The translations under genes and the position numbers were made by a program. From NCBI GenBank assembly GCA_043806295.1, contig JAZDHA010000024.1:1-28126 (forward strand): a DNA stretch of 28,126 bases, written 5' to 3'. Below are positions 24,566-28,126 of the stretch, in pieces. Each line of letters opens with the position of its first letter. Within the stretch, counting starts at the first letter, position 1. Source of the DNA: a bacterium (GTDB lineage: Bacteria; Patescibacteriota; Minisyncoccia; Phycocordibacterales; Phycocordibacteraceae). The notes beneath the pieces were generated by a model. The model was given only the letters and a program-made list of their open reading frames with translations. It ran no database searches and was not told the DNA's origin.

Positions 24566-27500
24566 ATGAAAAATTACATCGTTGGTGCGGTTATCGCGCT
24601 CGGTCTTGTCGTTTCTCCGTCATTTACTCAAGCAGCGGGTCTCACGGACTCACAGGTGCAAGCAATTCTCTCACTACTTTCATCATTTGGCGCAAATCAG
24701 TTGGTTATTGATAATGTGAATACAGCGCTCACTGGCGGTACATCATCAACCGGTGGTGATTTCTGCTACAACTTTAAGAACGACCTAACCTTTGGGGTTG
24801 CTGGTGGTAATGATATACACAATCTCTACCTCGCCCTAAAACTCCCATTTCCTACAGAAGGAATGGTGACTTTCGATGAAGACACTGCCGCTGCAGTTGT
24901 TCGTTTCCAGGCAAAACATGGCATTCGCCAGACCGGTTATGTCGGCCCTCTCACACGCGCGAAGTTGAATAGTTTGTATGGGTGTAATGATGTTAATCCA
25001 CCACAAACTTCTTCACTTACTGTGACGAAATACTCTGGCTTTGGCGATCAAACAGTGGTTGCAGGTACGGCTAATGCAAGAATTGGTTCTTTCAAATTCA
25101 CAGTCAACTCGCCCAACGGAATGAATATCACTCAAATAGGCCTTCCACTTACTGGTGCATCTAATGTCAGAAATCTAGTGATAAAAGAGCACAACCTTGG
25201 TATCCAAATAGGTTCTACAATAGCGACGCCGTCATCTTACAACACCATCACTGTGCCAAGTAATTTTGTGACTGCGCCGATTGGGTACTCTGAGACAACT
25301 TATGACATATATGGCGATATCCCGACAAACGCTTCAGGAACTATCCAAGCATCGGCATCGATCTTCGGTACAGACCTCGTATCCGGAGTATCGTATTCAT
25401 CATCGGACAAAGGAGCAATTACACTCCAGAATGTCACGATCGGTACCAGTTCACTCATAGTCGCTCGTGGTTCGAGTGAACCGACTTCGAGAAACATCAC
25501 TATGGGTGATAGTTCAGTTCCGATTGGTCAATTCAAATTCTCTGCTCTGAACTCAGCGCACACAGTCCAAAATGTCAAAATTCTCGTTCCAAACAATGTC
25601 TCGAATTCGGTCACGGCCGTGATGGTTCGATATAGAGATGTTAATGGTTCAATGCAAACAGCAACACAAGCATTAACATCAAATCTTGGCTATACATATG
25701 CAATAGCATATTTTTCAGGTCTCACAATGTATGTTCCGGCAAATGGATCAGCTAATCTTGATGTGCTGATTAACACAGCAACTGTTGCGATGGGTGGAAC
25801 TCCTGGTGCGATAGTACGAGCCGAATTCGATACAAGTGGATTTAATGCTGTTGATAGTTCCGGAACCGTCTTAACTCAAATCAATGGTGGTGTAAACATT
25901 ACTGCTGGAGGTATGTTCACTCTTACTAATCTCGCCACCCCCGCGCCGACACTGCCGGACCTGTATTTTTCCGGTAATGTTATTGATACCGCGAGCGCTC
26001 CCGCAAATTCCTTCGCGATTAACCTCTGCAACAAAGGCGCTCGTTTAACACAGGTTAGCACTCTCGGTTCCATTCTATTGAATGTTGCGGCAAATGGAAT
26101 AACGCGAGGAGGAATGGGTTATGGCGCTTCCATTGAGTCCAATCAATGTGTGAAAATCGGTTACTACAAATATTCCGATTTTGGAATGACGGCGGGAAGT
26201 AGTTATCAAATAACTATTACGGCAGATAGCGCGCAAAAATATCAGGAAGCCGATGAAAATAATAATGTCGTTGTTGCTCCTTTCAGTATTTCGGCAACCA
26301 CCGCGCCGGCGATTACTGTCACATCACCGAACGGAGGAGAGACATGGCAAGCAGGGTCTGTTCATAGGGTAAGTTGGAGCAATAATACTGGTAAAAATGT
26401 TAGAATTGAATTAATAAAGGGAAATAATTACATTACTGACTGGGGGTCATTGTCGTCTTTAAGTTCAGGCTATGACATTACACTTTCGTCTTCGTTGCAA
26501 GTAGGCTCGGACTATAAAATCCGTATTGCGAGCCTCGATTCCAGTGGAGGTGCGAATTATGTTTATTATGATGATAGTGACAATTATTTCACTATCACTA
26601 ATTCAACAATCCCGACTCCCGCGCCGACGACCTTAAGCGTGGACCTAAAAGTAAACGGTTCAGATAGTCCGTCCGCAATTCCTTATGATTCAACATTTGC
26701 CGCTTCTTGGACCTCAACAGGTGCTATCAATTGCTCCGCTTCCGGTCATTATGTACCAGTAAGTGACGGCGGTTTGTGGACAGATTTATCCAATCTGCCG
26801 ACTTCCGGGAGCAAAACGCTTACCGCGCGGCATAATACCTACGGATATATAACGCCGTTGCAGTTGACAGTTCAGTGCATCAATGGTAATAATGCATCAA
26901 TATCTGATACCGTTTATGTGCCGGTTACCCAAAACCTCGCACCGATAATTACCGTTCTTTCGCCGAACGGGGGAGAAGTATGGCAAAAAGGTCCAACAAA
27001 TTATCCAGTAACTTGGAAATGGACTAGTAGCATTGCTAAATTTAATATGTATTTAATAAACCCCAATACAGGAGGGAGAATTGCACAGGTGGGAGTAGGG
27101 GTTGATGTTGGAGAAGGTAAAACTTATATTGGAATAGCCGATGTTCCTGCCAATGCATTTATTGTACCAGGAAGTTATAAGCTTGAAATTTGTGATGCTT
27201 CTAATGATGGTTTAGTGTGTGATTCCAGCGATGTGGCGTTCAGCATCGTGGCGGCAACCCCCGCGCCGACAGTGACACTTACGGCAAATCCGGCGAGCGT
27301 GAATTATGGCCAGTCAACGACACTTACTTGGTCCTCGACAAACGCGAATTCTTGTTCCGTCGATCCTTTATTTGAAGGCAATGCAACAAGCAAAGTTGTA
27401 TCAGCTAGCCCAACCCAAACGACAACATACACCGCTACTTGTACTGGCGCAGGCGGGTCAACATCAAAAAGTGTGACGGTAGCTGTTGCCACTTCGCAAG

Positions 27501-28126
27501 AATTAAGTTCTAGCGCTCTTAAAATATCGTATTCCAATATGGATAAATCAGGCGCATATAGGAGGTTCTATGATCCGAAGATTGTGTATAACGGTCAAAT
27601 ATTCGATTATTACATTCACTACAGCGATTCGGGTGCGTTCTGTAAACTGTACGGTACAAGTGTGTATGGGCCATCTTCCAGTATGTCGACAAGCGCGACA
27701 AGCGGTTGGAATGTTGAAGGAGACAGCGGCAAATTCTATCTACGCAATGGAGCATATACCCCGCTGTTAACAGCACAGTGCGGTGATATAGGCGTCCCGT
27801 CTTCTTCTATCTTGGGGCTAATAGGAGGAGCGAGTTCTATGGCGAATGCACTCGGCGCTCTCGATAGTTTGGCGGCGAACAATTCTGGTTCGCAAACACA
27901 AACTGGTTTCTCGTATAACTGGAGTCGCGATCTTCAAATCGGCTCGCCATATCTTGAAGATGTGAAGTCACTACAGACGGCACTGACAAAAGAAGGCGTC
28001 TACTCTGGTGAGATAACCGGCGGGTTCTACAATCAAACATATTGGGCAGTTCAGGCCTTCCAGCAAAAATACGGTATTAATTCAACCGGCTATGTAGGTG
28101 CTCTCACACGAGAAAAACTGAATTCG
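24566..28126 (+). CDS. Large secreted modular surface protein (>=1187 aa, 3' end outside the window): signal peptide, two peptidoglycan-binding domains, CARDB-like, two SPNGGE Ig-like and PKD-like modules
   Basis: Translated by hand from ATG 24566 to the window end with no stop. Signal peptide ends FTQA|AGLT. PG-binding repeats end TGYVGPLTRAKLNS and TGYVGALTREKLNS. Other motifs: ADSAQKYQEADENNN; ITVTSPNGGETW and ITVLSPNGGEVW. Confidence 0.92.
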   Translation, partial: MKNYIVGAVIALGLVVSPSFTQAAGLTDSQVQAILSLLSSFGANQLVIDNVNTALTGGTSSTGGDFCYNFKNDLTFGVAGGNDIHNLYLALKLPFPTEGMVTFDEDTAAAVVRFQAKHGIRQTGYVGPLTRAKLNSLYGCNDVNPPQTSSLTVTKYSGFGDQTVVAGTANARIGSFKFTVNSPNGMNITQIGLPLTGASNVRNLVIKEHNLGIQIGSTIATPSSYNTITVPSNFVTAPIGYSETTYDIYGDIPTNASGTIQASASIFGTDLVSGVSYSSSDKGAITLQNVTIGTSSLIVARGSSEPTSRNITMGDSSVPIGQFKFSALNSAHTVQNVKILVPNNVSNSVTAVMVRYRDVNGSMQTATQALTSNLGYTYAIAYFSGLTMYVPANGSANLDVLINTATVAMGGTPGAIVRAEFDTSGFNAVDSSGTVLTQINGGVNITAGGMFTLTNLATPAPTLPDLYFSGNVIDTASAPANSFAINLCNKGARLTQVSTLGSILLNVAANGITRGGMGYGASIESNQCVKIGYYKYSDFGMTAGSSYQITITADSAQKYQEADENNNVVVAPFSISATTAPAITVTSPNGGETWQAGSVHRVSWSNNTGKNVRIELIKGNNYITDWGSLSSLSSGYDITLSSSLQVGSDYKIRIASLDSSGGANYVYYDDSDNYFTITNSTIPTPAPTTLSVDLKVNGSDSPSAIPYDSTFAASWTSTGAINCSASGHYVPVSDGGLWTDLSNLPTSGSKTLTARHNTYGYITPLQLTVQCINGNNASISDTVYVPVTQNLAPIITVLSPNGGEVWQKGPTNYPVTWKWTSSIAKFNMYLINPNTGGRIAQVGVGVDVGEGKTYIGIADVPANAFIVPGSYKLEICDASNDGLVCDSSDVAFSIVAATPAPTVTLTANPASVNYGQSTTLTWSSTNANSCSVDPLFEGNATSKVVSASPTQTTTYTATCTGAGGSTSKSVTVAVATSQELSSSALKISYSNMDKSGAYRRFYDPKIVYNGQIFDYYIHYSDSGAFCKLYGTSVYGPSSSMSTSATSGWNVEGDSGKFYLRNGAYTPLLTAQCGDIGVPSSSILGLIGGASSMANALGALDSLAANNSGSQTQTGFSYNWSRDLQIGSPYLEDVKSLQTALTKEGVYSGEITGGFYNQTYWAVQAFQQKYGINSTGYVGALTREKLNS
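25937..27271 (+). repeat. Dispersed 15-nt linker repeat ACCCCCGCGCCGACA at module junctions
   Basis: Copies at 25937 and 27257 (identical), 26615 (13/15), 26297 (12/15) and 26933 (11/15); all in the same codon phase. Confidence 0.75.

Noticed and set aside
24566-28126. Diversity-generating retroelement acting on the surface protein
   Set aside because: No reverse transcriptase, and I saw no template/variable repeat pair differing at adenines. The gene's 3' end is outside the window, so this is not fully excluded.

Overview
The window looks like a Patescibacteria (CPR; Parcubacteria-like) chromosome segment. This is inferred from gene content and style, not from a search. Genetic code 11 applies, since TGA is used as a stop. 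In order it carries: the end of a prepilin peptidase and four type IV minor pilins; ligA; gatC-gatA; a membrane protein with a HEPN-like motif; initiator tRNA-Met; a PAP2 phosphatase; a PanD-family decarboxylase; a divergent CysK-family PLP enzyme; a CofE-family ligase; an AbrB-type regulator with a MacAB-like ABC exporter; an Nramp-family transporter; typA; smpB-ssrA(tmRNA)-ftsH; an HTH + LAGLIDADG-like protein abutting tRNA-Ile(UAU); a CitX-like protein; recG; hicBA; and a >=1187-aa modular surface protein that the ORF track missed because it runs off the window end. Most striking observations: (1) several families of short, stop-free DNA palindromes sit in frame inside core genes (ligA, gatA three times, ftsH, recG, probably typA) and at gene ends, resembling Rickettsia-type coding palindromic elements; (2) heptamer arrays occupy the cleaved prepilin leaders; (3) the PanD homologue keeps its self-cleavage residues but has lost the aspartate beta-carboxylate pocket (R54L, A74P/A75P, E42Q) and lies next to a divergent CysK-like enzyme; (4) an orphan CitX-like nucleotidyltransferase core has its own promoter, SD and terminator; (5) a conserved 15-nt linker recurs at every module junction of the surface protein, whose promoter has a G8 tract. 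No database searches could be run, so family calls rest on recognised motifs.
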